In this document: piece after piece, positions 36,493 to 51,400 of the stretch
How the letters are laid out: the number at the start of each line of letters is the position of its first letter
Position numbering within the stretch: the first letter of the stretch is position 1
From: a virus
Virus record (IMG/VR): IMGVR_UViG_3300044712_000336
Location: 32,001 to 96,000 of that record
Length of the DNA stretch: 64,000 bases
Direction: 5' to 3' (one strand)
The notes under the pieces: generated by a model
Databases searched by the model: none
Seen by the model: only the letters and a program-made list of their open reading frames with translations
What the model was told of the DNA's origin: nothing
Made by a program: the position numbers and the translations under genes

Positions 36493-39400
36493 CTAATCAC
36501 ATTTAGGTTTTTTAATCCTACCTTCTTCTTGAAGTTTTTGTGTATTTTGTACATCTTCTACAGTTTGTTCTAATCCATTATATTTAACTAAGGTTTCATT
36601 CATATTATCCAATGAAGGAACACTTTGTTCTACTTGTTGCTCTGATTTCATGATCAAATTACCTATATTTAAACTATATGTATTATATGTACTACCTTTA
36701 CCTATTTTTCTAAAGTAGTTATCTATTTGATTAGAAGGATTCAATCTCTCATATATACTACTAACCATCTTACCATTAACATCTCTTTCACTAATTTTAA
36801 TGTATTTGTTAATAGTATCAATAGGTTTACCTTCTTTATCTAACCCTTTTATACTAATTCTTAAATCAAAGTTACCATAAGTAGGACTTTCATAATTTCC
36901 TGTATTTGGAATAATATTATATTTACCTTTAATTAACTCATTTATATTCCTATAGTTAATAAGTGCAGTTTGTTTTACAAAATCATTTACCGTTAAATCT
37001 AATCTTATATTCTCTCTTAATATATCATTACTTAATTTTTCTATCCTTTTTGAATAGCTTACACCTTTCTTTCCATCATTTAACCACTTATTATCTCTAT
37101 TATTATAGTTATATAATGCTGATGGAATACCAAGACTATACCCACCACTACCTAATCTATTACCGTTCTTTAAATTCATGTATGCTATAAACTCAGTTTG
37201 AAATTCACTGTATTTAGGTAATGTTTTAATACTATCACTATTTAATACACTAGTATCTAATTCATATCTACCAGTACTTTGATTATAATTAAAGTTAAAC
37301 ATATTCAAACTATTAAAAGCTGTATGTAAATTAGCAGTAATATCAACTGTTTTTTCAGTAGGTTCATTAAATCTAACTTCATGCTCTTTTGTATATGTAT
37401 TAGGTCTTACACTTACTTTATTCATAAATGTAGGAATATAACCTAACATTTCTAATTTATCTTTATTACTACTATAATATGATTTAACTTGTCTAATCTT
37501 ATCTAGGAAATGTTGTATAAATGCTTGCTCACCAGTTAATATTATTCCATCATTAGTGATATAATCATGCTCTTGACTATAGTTAAATAATGATGTATAT
37601 AAATATCTCATTACTTCCTCACGTTGACGGAATCGTTTTTGATACTTACTTCCTTCAAATGCTGGTAATACCGATTCTTCTCTTGCTTCTATATTAGCTG
37701 CAACTGTTCCATCACCAAATATATCATTTTGAAACTTACGAATTACTTCACTATTAATAACAAAATTATCTCTTATAAGTTTATCTTGAAACATCATAGT
37801 TTCAAGTGCTTGTTTAAAATGAGGTAATGTATTTAGTATATTAGATATATCAAACATAAAGGAATCTTTTGATTGTAACTCATTCTTATCGTTTAATTCA
37901 AATACCTCATTAAGTAAATCAATCATTTTATCTAAATCAGCAGATGTTGTTTTTAAATCACGCAATACACCAAGTAATCTCGCTACTTTAGATATTTCTG
38001 TTCCTATATTATCTAATTTGTCTAACTGTTTTAATACTGCTAATTGTATCTTTAAAAATTCAATATCAGTACTTGTATATATAGGATTACCATTTTTAAA
38101 CGAGTATACTTCTTGATTAACTGATTTTAATAACATATCAGTAGTCAATGTTTCTATTTCATTAACTTTTTCACCTTTAGATAGTTCTGCAATCCTTTTA
38201 TTTATTATATTTTTACTAAGTTTCATTTTCTCATTTTTCCACTTAGCATTTACACCAGTATATAATTCAATAGCAGGTTGAGTTATAAATGTATTTCTTA
38301 CTTGACTTTCAACACCTAGTCCTAACATAGCGATATAAGAAAGTAATGTGCTATTAGTTAAATAGAAATTAGGTAATATTTGTAATTTAACATTATCCAA
38401 TGCAGCATTTGCAAGTGCATCAATTATAGTCCATACATCTTCTTTTCCACCATATTCATATTGACTTAACTTATCATATATAACATCATTAAATTGTATA
38501 TTATACTTATTATCAGTAATAGTTGGTAATCCTTTATCTTTAGATGCTCTAACCATGTGAGCTAATGCTTTAATACCATAAGCAACTACAATACCAACAC
38601 CAGCTTTACCTGAGAATACTGATTGGTGGCCATCTAAATTATCTAATACGTCTGATAGATTAAGTGGTTTACTTAACATATTATCTTTAATCCACTTACT
38701 TTCTTTTTCTTTAGACATCTCTAATAATGTAGTTTTCTGTAATTCTTTATATTGTTCTGGATGATTATCTTTCCATAATCTAATCTGTTCATCAGTCATT
38801 GGATCAGTAGATATAGGTTTAGTCATACGAACCCAATTCTTTTCATCCGTAACTACGTCTAATAGATTCTCTGTAATTTTATTCTTTAAATATATTTCTT
38901 TATCTTTGCTTGATAATCCAGTAGTATTAAACTCATTATCAAATTTACCATCTTTATATCCTAATAATTCATATTTAGCTTTATTATTAGCAATCGCATC
39001 TTTCTTTATATTAGAAATATCCTTCATTATAATTTGTTTTTGATCAATTACATCTTCAAGTATTCCTTTACGTTCTTGTTGGTTACTATATATTTCATCA
39101 TATAATTCATTTATACGTTCTTGAAGTACTAATTTATTTTCAGATGAAGCATATTTTAATTGACCTTTTAGTGCTTTTATTTCATCCTTTCTTTCATCAG
39201 TATCTTTTAATATAATCTCTATATCTTTATACTTTTCATATACTTTAGTTAATTCTTCTTCTTTATTTAATATATCTTTCTGTACATCTTCATCATAATT
39301 CCATATTCCTTCACGTGTTATAATAAATAAACTATCAACATCATAATCACAACCATGTTGGAATACAATAAAAGGTGATACAACTACCACATTAGTATCA

Positions 39401-42400
39401 ACAGATTGATAGAATCCCTTTATTTTTAATGCAACAGCACTGTGTAATTCTGATGATGGAATACGAAATCCAAAAGCATCAGCATAAGGTAATACATCTA
39501 TATCTTTACCACTTTCTAAAGCTTTACTAATACTATCTTCAAGTACTTCTGGCAATAATCCTTTTGGAAATAAACATTCAAGATTCATTACTGTTTTACC
39601 AGTTATTTCATCTTTACGTATACTAAATTGTAATCCATCAGCAAGGTTACGTTTATTTTCATCCATACTATACCTTGATATACCAGCACCACTTTGTAAA
39701 ATTAACTTACTTCCTTTAAGACGTTGTTGTATAACATTCTTTTCCAACATAGAGGAAAATGATGATATAAACTTATTACTCAATGTAGGAAAATTATGTA
39801 CATTATCCATATCCAAATCTTTAGTAAGTAAGGCAAATGACATGTTAATATCATCTTTCTCTAATCTTGATAATATAGCTTGTTTAAATTTCTTATTATC
39901 AAGTTTACCATTCTTATCTAATATTTGTTTCTGTACTTTTTCTAATCCTAATTTCATTAAATCTGCAACTGCACCATATATAATATCAGCACTTGCATCA
40001 TTTGTACCTAATACATTTAAGAATGATAATATCTGATTAGGTTGTGCTGTAGTACTATCTATCTCATGTACAGGATTAAATGGTACTCTTAATCCTTTAT
40101 TATCATAAATTATAAGATTGTCTGTATTTACTGTCATATCACCATCCATTATAGATTGCGTATCATATAATGATTTTCTAACAGGTGTTGCAATTTTAAC
40201 AGTAGATTGCATTGTATATAATAACGCACCATGATTACGCATTGACTGTCTTAAATTATTTAACTGTGGATTTGATTTACATAATTCATCAGTAAGTATA
40301 ACAATAGATGATTTAATATCTAATGGAACACCATCTTCACCAATGAAGGAATATACTGTTTTATTAATATTTCCTACACCATAGGATAACCCCATACCTT
40401 TATTTAACTCTTCTTTATATTCAGGTAATCCATAAGTCTGTCCATCTGTTACAGTTACATCATCATTTATATTATTTAATACTTCTTGTATTAACTTTTC
40501 ATTAGTATTATTTTTTCTTAACTGTTCTTCTACTTGTTTCTTTATATCATCCTTTTTCCATTTTATATCACTACCTACCATTACTTTCATATATTCCTTC
40601 ATACCATATTCATCATTAATTAAAGGTTGTCTTCCTGATGATGATTCTAATTGTAACCTCTTTAACATGTTTTCACCAGTATTAAAGAAATTAGCATCAC
40701 CAGCAGTTAAATTTTCAATTAAATATGAATTAATATAATTGTTAATATAGAAAGAATTTACTAATGCTTTAAATATAGGTAAATTTAATACTGTAGGATC
40801 ATATTCATATTTCTTTGTATCATTATTATATTTAGTATAAGTTGTTCCTTTACCATCTTTCTTATTATTTAACTTTTGTATATCTTCTCTAGTAAACTTA
40901 AATCTGCTTCCATCCAAATATCTAAATTTATCTTTTCCATCAATAGTATCAATTTTAAATAATCCTTCAAGTTTCTTTGGATTTATCCTACTTACTAAAT
41001 CTTTAGGTATAGGCATTTCTTTTTGAATCATTACATTCACTAATCTTTCAGTTCTATTAGCAAATTGATTTAATATATTATCAATAAATTGTTTTCTTAT
41101 CTTATCATTACTTGCTAATTCTTTATATGCCTTTTGTGTTGATTCAGTATTATTTAGTATATCTTGTTTACTAATTTCAAATATCTTACTAAACGCTTCA
41201 TTAAATACTCTAAAGTTAGTATCATTATTTTTATTATAGTTTTTGAAATTTCTTATATCTTGTAAATTATCATTATGTCTTTGTATAAACATATCAATAA
41301 TACCATCAAGGTATTTATTGATTTTATCTCTATCAAGTATATCCATTTCTGCACCCATTCTATTTACACGATGTGCTTGTGTATAGAAATACTGTATATA
41401 AGTGGGAACTTCTTGTCTATGTTTTAATCTACTATGATGTAGGAAAGATGCTGAGAATACTGTTTCAAGATAATTACTAGGTGATTCTTGTGTATAATCA
41501 TACCCATAAGTAGAGTTTTTAGTTTTAGTTCTATTTCCATCATGGTCAACTGCTTGATATACATGTTGTGTTCCATCAATTACAGATTTAAGTAATGGAT
41601 TTTTACTATAAGTATGTGTATTCCAATACTTAGGTATATTCTTTTGTATATACGAACTATCTTCATTAACTTCCGATAATGATACTACTTTATATAATAC
41701 CTCTCTTGCCCATGTACTAGGTGTTGATGGAAATACTCTCTCATTTTTAGAATTGACTATTGATGAATATTCATCTTTTACTCTACTATTTATAGGTTTA
41801 AGTAATGCAAAGAAAGCATTAATAACATCGTTATCTTTATATAGTACATCATACATATCAACAGTATATTCACTAACATTACCATCTTCATCTGTTTCCT
41901 CTACTTTCTTACCATAATTCTTTAAACTATCATTACTAGTATTATTAACTAATAAATCTCTAAACTTAGATTGTATATCAGCTTGTACTCTTGAATCTAT
42001 AATCATAATCTTACCATTATCATTAGTGATAAGATGTTCCATTCCTACAAACTTAAAGAAATTACCTACAAAGTTAGTATTAGTACTATTATTAATTACT
42101 TTTATTAAATTATCTACATCAGTTTGATCTTTAATTCTTTCAATTAAATTTAATCTTATATCGTCTACAAGTGTTCTTTGTACACCACTTGCATTTTGCA
42201 TCTTGTTGTTATAAGTAGTAGTACCACCTTGATATAACATTTCAATAATACTAGAACTTAAATTATTATAACTTCCAATTGCTGATGTAATTTCTAATAA
42301 ACTTTGTAAACTTTGTTTTAATTTAAACTCATTAAATAACTCAGTATAATCGACATTTATATTTTTCTTTAATAATTCAACTCGTATTTCTTTATGTAAA

Positions 42401-45400
42401 TCATCTATATTTTGATTCTTTTTTAATTCTATAATCTTTACATTATCTTTACTTCTTAATACAGATAAATCATTACGTAAATCTATAGTTGTTCCATCAG
42501 TAGTATATACAAATGTATTAGTATCATACCATCCGTGTTTAGTTATAGGATTTATCTTTTGTACATCATTAAACAATTTATCCATAAATCTCTTAATAGC
42601 AACTACATCATTATTATCTTTAGCAGATAAAGATAATCTATCAGATAGTTGATTTTGCATATTAACTATATTAGTTGTATCCAAATGTGGTAATACTTCT
42701 AACATTTGTTTAAATACAAACTTTCTATTAACAAATCCATTTGGTATTTCTTCCCATTGTCCTTCTGATGTTTTCTTTACTTTAGGAACAAAACTAAACA
42801 AATGTTTAACTAATGCAGTTACATTTTCAACATTAGTAAATTTAGGATTAGTAATCTCATCTTTTAAGCCTTCTCGTGTTGATTCATAATCTTCGTATAC
42901 ATTTTCAATATCGTCAACTTGTACATCACTATCTTCATCATTATTAGTTTCTATATTTTCTGTAAACTCTTTTACTTCTGTTTTTAACTCTTGTTTAATT
43001 ACTGGGAATATTTGTTTCATCATATAATCAAATCCAGTCATCTTTTCCTTTATGCCAAGTAAATTACGTACTTCATATTCCTTTACTAACATATTATATA
43101 ATTTATCTTTCTCTAGGAAATCTGCACGTTTTACTGGATCTTCTTGTTTATCTGCTAATAGTTTATATTGTTTTGCGCCCTCTTTAAATAGTCTATGTAA
43201 AACATTACCTAAATTATTCTCCACTACAGGAACAATTACTTTCCTACTATGTTGTACACCATCTTTTGTATAAGTCTCTGTAATGGTATATCCTTGTTCT
43301 TTTAACTTTTTAGCTTGTCTAAATATTTCTTGTTTTAGTTTATTAAAGTTATCCACACCATCATTTACAATATCACCTTTAGCATCCCTATCACCTAATA
43401 TTTCCTGTATAGTAATTAAATCATAACTATTTTTTACATTAGCATTCTCAATAATTCTATGACTATATTTACCTTGTTCAATATCTCTATATATAGTATC
43501 TAAGGATGACATGTTTTTGTATGTAAACTTAAACAATTTAGATAACCAATTAAAGAATCGTTTTAACCAGTTTTCTTTTATACTATTATGATCTTTATTC
43601 CAATTCATAAAATCATTAGCAAGAACCTCAGTCAACTCATTGAAGGAATATGGTAGGTATCCATGTTCTTTTTCAAATGCTTTTGCTAATTGTTCTTGTT
43701 CCTTCACAGTCATATATTGTGTATGAATCTTATGGAATGCTTCATGTCGTATAATCTCTTTAAATGTTCCTTTACCTTCTTCACCTTCAACTTGTAAACT
43801 ATACATAATACCTTGTTTTAATGTACCATATACATTTGCACCACGTACATCATTTAACATCATTTGAGTTAGTATTTGTAACTCTTCTTCCTTTACATCA
43901 GGTATTAATTGTTTAACTAATTTAGTAGCTTCATTAACAGTAATATATGTTCCTTTATTAATGTCAAATTCTGACATATCAAACATACCAATATTGAAGG
44001 AATCATCTGTATTACTAATGTCTGTAATATCTGAAGATGTAGGAACATCTTGTTCTCCTTCTAATGGAACACCTTGTTCTTCTGATTTCTTTGGTTCTTT
44101 CTGTACATTTGATATATTATCATTAATTCTAACTTGTATTTTAGCTTGATCTATTCTCTTTACATGTGTTACAAGATTATTCTCAATAGTAGATAATTGT
44201 TGTTTAACAGTACTATTATCTTCAGCAATATTATAAGTCCCAGTTATACTATTTTTCTTTAGTTTAATTGGTTCTTTAAATACTGTATCAACTCTATCTT
44301 TAGATATAGGTAATCTTAATTTCTTATTATTAATTATTTTATTTAATAAATCAGTAGTTACAGGCTCTTGTACAAGTTCTTCTTTCTTTTTATATATAAG
44401 TTTCATTATATCACCTTTATTATTTGTATAATTAGATACTTGATCTTCTAACCATTTTGCTATATCTTGTTGTGATTTCTTTTCAACAACTTGACCTCTA
44501 TATGTTCCTGTATTGAATGATCCAAGTATTCTCTTTAATTCAGCAATACTTATATCTTCAGATAATAATTGTCCAGTTACAGGATTTTGTACAGGTATTT
44601 TATTTTCATATATAATATCACGTATAAAGTTTTCATAATTAGAATAAGAAGTATTACTACTTAATATTGATTTAAAACTTATGAATTTATTTTTACCTTT
44701 TTCCTGTACAGTACGAAGATTAGTTTTACTACCATCTTCATTAAACATTACAGCATTTGTAACTGCAATAGAACTCAGTTGATTTGCCATATCACCAGAG
44801 TTTAAATCTAACTCTGTTTTAAGTAACGTTTCCTCACCATTACCCATATCAACTTTAACAATTCCATTATCTAATCTATAAGATATTCCTGTACCTTCAT
44901 GTTTATACATAGGTGATGTATATATATTTTCACGTATTGTACGTAACACACCTAATCTAAATATATCTGAGTTTGATAAAAATTTATTATCTAATTTATC
45001 TTGTAAATACTTTAGTAAATCCTCATCATTTTTAGTACGTAATCCATTTACAAATTCACCAACTTTAGCTGGATAATTTCTTATATGTTTATATAACTGT
45101 TGCTCTAATGTTCCAGATTTAGTAGCTCTACTATCTGTACCTTCTCTATCATTTTTACGTTTTAATCCAGCACCATATTTAATAACCTTATCAATTGCTT
45201 CTGCTAATGATATTGTAGTATATTCATCTGAAGTTAAATCATCTCTATATTCTACTTGTATTTGATCTAATGATTTATCAGACTTAATTGTTCCTACATT
45301 GGGATCAGCAAGTATCTTATTAACTCTTTGATTTGGTGTTGAACCTTCTATAAATTGTACTTTATTCCATTGTTTAACTTTATTTAAAGTACCTTTATCT

Positions 45401-48400
45401 TTTGAAAATCCTAAATCTTCTGATACAAAATCTCTACTTACATCAATTTGACCATTACTTCTTAAATCAGCTACAACTATATTTATAAAATCATCTACAC
45501 TTTCTGCATGTGAATCTTTAATAGTTGCTGTTGCTACTAATGGAATAAATTCAATAGCTGCATTTCTGAATAAATTATATAAATCCTTCTTATTATCATC
45601 ACTTATATCAGTAGGTGTTATATTGGAATATTTAGCAAGTAACCCATCTAATTTAACATTAAACCTTTCATAATCAAAATCAGTAGATTCTTTACCTGAT
45701 GGATATTGTACTGGTAATACATCACCTTTCTTAATTTGACCAATTGGTTCAAATTCATCTTTAAATGATGATAGTAAACTATCAAATACAGGATTACCTA
45801 ACTTAAACTCAAGTTGATTATATCCTTTATCACTAAGTAATTGTTCAAGATTATTTAATATAGATGTTCCTAGACCAGTTTGATAATATTTACCAGTATT
45901 ATTGAAATCTTCAGTAGTCATTCTTCTCGGATCTAATGGAAAAGATAACTTAGCTTTTTTATCAGTAATAAACTCTACTTGTGGGATACCATATTGATTT
46001 TCTTTAAATCCTTCACTTGAAGCTTTAGTCGGTATTACTACTCTAAAGGAAACAACATTCATACCTGTTCCAACAGTATATTGATCTATAAGTTTAATAA
46101 TAGTATTAACTAAATCGTTTGATTGATTTGGTTCACTACTATAGGAATATGATAATGAATTTGCATATTGTATATTACCAGTTTTAATAATATCTTTACT
46201 TAAAGTATTAATATTACTATTAGTTAATATATTATCATCAAATGTAATTTCATTTAATTTCTTATTCCATTTTACTTTATTATATCCTTTATCAGTTAAT
46301 ATATCTTCCTCTACAGGATTAGGTATAATACCAATTACTCTTAATGTATTTTCAGTTTGACCGGTAGTTTTATCATTTCCTTCAGCAACTATAAATGTGT
46401 GATTACCTGTAAAATCATTACTTGTATTGTTAAGATTTACATACCATACTTTATTATTCTCACTCACTAATGGAAATTCTTCACCTTCAAATGTTACAAC
46501 ATTAGCTTCAACATGATCTACATTCTCAACTAAAGGATCATTTGATTCCTTACCGATAAATTCTTTCTTACGTTCTTCTTTCTTAATCCTATTAGTCAAA
46601 CTGTTTAAATCTTCAAATGTTCCATCAGGATTAATTCTAATCCTACTATCCACTACGGATAATAATTTAACACTACCTTTTGTATCAGCTAATGAATTAT
46701 CAGTAATAACTTCACCAGATTTAGTAACTTGTATTACTGTTCCTAATGTACTACCAATAGTAGTTAAACTATCTTTATATCTAGTTTCATTCTGCTGAAG
46801 GAATTTGTTAAATTTTTCTAATTTATTAACTGATTCTTTTATACCATTTATATCAGTACGTTCTTCTATATTAGAAAATCCATTACCTAATTTAACTAAA
46901 GCATAAGTAGTTGGACGAGTAAGCATAGTGTACATTATCTCATTATATGGTGAGTAATCAACTTTCTTAGTTAATTGATTATATATGACAGTTTTTCCTT
47001 CAATAGGTTGAACATCTATAAATATTGCTTGTACAGTTTTACCTACTAATTCTTGTGGTAAAAATACTACTTGCTTAGATTCATCTGGTAATCTTAACTG
47101 TTGTAAATATGCTTGTCTTTCTTTCTCTGTCCCTACAACAATAGCACATGACATTAAGTCTTTTCTTTTATTATAAGTATCAATAATATTCATTATATTA
47201 TTTGTAACTTGTATTCCTGTAGTGGAAGATGTTATATCATTTCCAGTAGAGGATTTAGCTACACCACTATCTACTTGTTTATCATTCATTTGATACATAC
47301 TTGCGAAATCAGATATATAATTAATAGCTGTTCTCATAGTAGTATTTAATGGTTGTATTTCCGTAGCTTCTCTTAATGTATGTGTAGGTTCTTCTAATGT
47401 CTTATTTATATTAGTTTCACCAATCTGTGTGCTATCGCCAATTAGTATTAAATGTGAATTTTTAATAAGTGATAAATCATCTAAATCATAATCACTAAAT
47501 TGGCCTATCTCATCAATTATTATATGTGAATATTTATTCTTTTCTTCTTCGCTTAATTTACTAAAATCACTTACTAACATTCCATTCTTTATATTTGCTT
47601 CACTTTGTAAGTTATCTAACTGTTCTTTATTCTTACATAATGCTAATACTTTATCAGATTGACCGTCTATATTATTAAGTAATAATGTTTGTTTTGCTAC
47701 AATAGTAGTTTTACCTGTTCCTGCATTAGCTTTAAGTAATGATACTGTTTTAGTAGGTTTACTTAGTTTAATACTTAACTGTTCTAAAGCTAACTCTTGT
47801 TCTATTGTAGGAAATTTGTCAATACTTAATTTTGCTTTATTTTCAATATATTGTTTATATGTAAAATCACTATGTAATAATTCATTAATCCAGAATAATT
47901 CGTGTACTTCTGATTGTGTTTCTACATATTTAAGTAGTCTATTTTTATTAGCATTGAAGGAATTTTCTGTAAATCCTAATCCTTCTAATTCTATTTGATA
48001 TTTATTCCAACCACCATTTACATATTCTCTAATAGTACTTAACAATTCATTTATATTACCTGTTTGTGCATACTTTAGAAATGGATTGTTTATTCCTTTA
48101 TTGGGGAAGAATACATGTTTAGATACACCTGGAATTAATGGTTGCATGCCACTAGGATTATACTTAGCATTAATTGATGGTGTAGATAATATAGTATTAA
48201 CAAAGAATAATCCTCTATTTGGTGATAACAAATACCCTATCTCTGGGTCATTGTGTATATAATCTTTTCCTTCAACTTGTGATTTTACTTTACTCTTTAG
48301 AAGCTCATTTACTTTATCAGTAAGATTATATTGTTTTAACTCGTCAAGGAATTTGTATAGTAATCCTTGTCTTACTACAGTATTAGTTTCTGATACAATA

Positions 48401-51400
48401 TCATTAAAACTATCCTTTAACTCTGTAGGAATTATTCCTTTATTAGATAATTCAATTAACCCATTTACTTGATTAGTAATATGTCTTTCTAATGATGCTT
48501 TCTGTTGAGCAATCTTATTATCAAGATGTTTGGATAATTCTTTTATAATTTCAGTAAGTTTACTTATTTGATTTTCCAATGTAGGAATATAATCATTATC
48601 TTTAAATAGTTCATTATCCTTTAAATCATTATCTATCCTATATTCATATAGTACTTTATCTTGTCTTAACTTCTGTAATTGATTTACCAAGTTTTGTAAA
48701 TCATCTTCATCTACTGATAAAGCATCAGGATTAGAAAGTTTTCCTGTATTGGAATTACCCCATTCCTTTAATGACATATTAACATTATTATAATTAATCA
48801 TTGCTCTATCATATTGAAATGCTTTATATCTATTTTCTGGAAGTTTATATTTATTGTATTCTTCTTCTTGTTTATATTTTACTGAAGTTGTACCATCAAG
48901 TAATTTAACCCTTTTTTTCTCACTAATGGAATATTCATCTTCTAACTCTTTAAGTTTACTTAATTCAACTTTAGTAGATTGTATATCTGTTCCTTCAGGA
49001 TTAGAAAAGAAATCACTAGATGAAGCATTATCTAAATCATCACTTAATGTATCTTCATTAAATTCAAACATCTCATTATTATTCCTATACTTCTCTATTA
49101 AATCCGATATAATTAATTTCTGCCCATCTATCTCTTTGCGTAAAGAATCAAATCCTTGTTCAATATTATTTACATCAGTATTAGTAATAAGAGTTTTATC
49201 ATTATACATATCAAGTATATTTGATAACTTTGTTCCATTATTATAAGATGATTTTATATTATTATATAGTACGTAATCTTTACCGACTTTATAGAAGTAT
49301 TTATTAGCTTCATCAATTTGAGGTTGAAGTTTATTTTTTAATGGGGAATTAACCATTTTAAAATAATTATTCATATTATTGAATAATATTTCTTCATCCA
49401 ATTTACTATTCTTAGCTAGATACTCTATTGCAGTTTGTTTAGTTGATTCTTCTTTATATAATCTATTAAATACATCATTACGTAAATTCTTATATTGTAA
49501 ATCTAATAATTGATGTTTAGTTAAATCTTTATCTTCTAATTTAGTACGTTCTTCTTCTAATAATGATAATTTGTTCTTTTCATCTTCATTATAATATTGT
49601 TCCAAATCAAAGTAATGTTCTTTAAAGTTATTATATAAAGCTTCATCAGCTGCTTTATATTCATTCATTACTTTATTTCTACCTTTTACATCTTCTAATT
49701 GTGCAAGTGCATCTTTCTTATCATCAATAAGTTTTTGTATATCTTCTTTTTCCTGTACATCATTAGTGTTATTTTTAATATGTTCTAACGATTGACGTTG
49801 TATATCAAGTTTATAGTAAGCTTTAATTAGTTCATCATTATATAAAGCTTTATCATCTTCAGTTTTACTAGTTAATCCAGCTTGTTTACGTAAGTTGTAT
49901 AATAACATATCTTCTGTAAAGGAACTAGTTTGTAATGCTTTTTCATAAGACCTTGCATAATCCTTTACTCTATCAATATTATCTTTATAGTATTTCTGTA
50001 ATTCTGGATCTTCTATACTTTCTATATTTTTACTTAATTGCGTAATTGCTTTATTAACGGCATCATCTTTAGATTTAGATAATGGATTAGTAAGTTCTGC
50101 AAATAATGTATTAGCGATATTATCTGACATTATGTAATCAATAGTATTAACATTACCAACTATTGTACTCATTATTCCATCACTTACACCTTGTTTATTC
50201 TTTAATGTAGAAAATTCAAGATTAAATATCCCATTATCTCTATCTTTCATTTTTATAACTGGTTTACCTTCATCATCAAGTTTTAACGATTTAGTAACTT
50301 TTCCATCAGCATCAGTAGAAGTTTCATATTCATATAAATCATTAACATTTCCAATGAAGGAAAAAGCATTACCTTCTCTTACTTTAAGTAAATTATCATA
50401 TATCTTTTTAGTAGTTTCAATATCTTGTCTTTCTTCTTTAGCTTCACTTTTTGCACCTATTCCAGCACCGCCAATTCCAACTAAAGATCCAATTAATACA
50501 CTACGTTGTTTATCAATATCAGACCAATTTGTTACTGCATAATTTAATTCTTTACCAATAGTAGTGATTAAATTGTCATTTATTTTATTAGATGCTTTCT
50601 TAGTTTCTATATTTTGTATAGCATCTTGTATATTTTCTTCATATAAACCTTCACTTATTACACCTGTAGGAATACTATGTTTTGTTTTATTTAACCAACT
50701 TGCTGTTTTTAACAGTTCTTCTTTAGCAATATCACTTTCTAGTTTACTACCTAATTCTTTTATAGTATTAGATTTTACCTTTAATGGATTACCAAAGAAT
50801 AGTGAACTTTCAATAAGATTACTTACTGACAATGCAGCAATGTTTTGACCATATACCTCATATACATTCTTACCTATGTTCTTATTTAATTCTTGTGTTG
50901 TTTTAGCTGAAAGCTCGTTTAACTTTCTATTATACCAATCATTAAGTTCTTGTATAGCTTTTTTATTATCTACAGATAATCCTTCCCCTTCTATACCTTG
51001 TGATTGTTTAGTAAGTTTATCTAAAGTATTCTTATATTGTTCATCTAACTTTAACTTATCAGATTTATACTGACGTGTATAATAATTATCTTTAGATAAA
51101 TCCCATGTTCCATCATCAGATAATCCAGCACTATTTTTTGCTGATTTATAGAAATCTTTAGCTTCCTGTCCAGCTTCACTTATAGTTTGTGGTATAGCTG
51201 CACCTAATACTTGTAATGCTTTTGCACCTATTCCTGTAGCACCAAATGCTTTACCTATCATACCTACTCCACCACCATATAACATTGATGATGCACTATA
51301 TGCTACACCATCTAATAAGTTTTCATAGAATTTAGCACTACTTAATTGGTCTAATATATTACCTTTATTATAATCAGCATCAGCGTATACTTTTAAATTC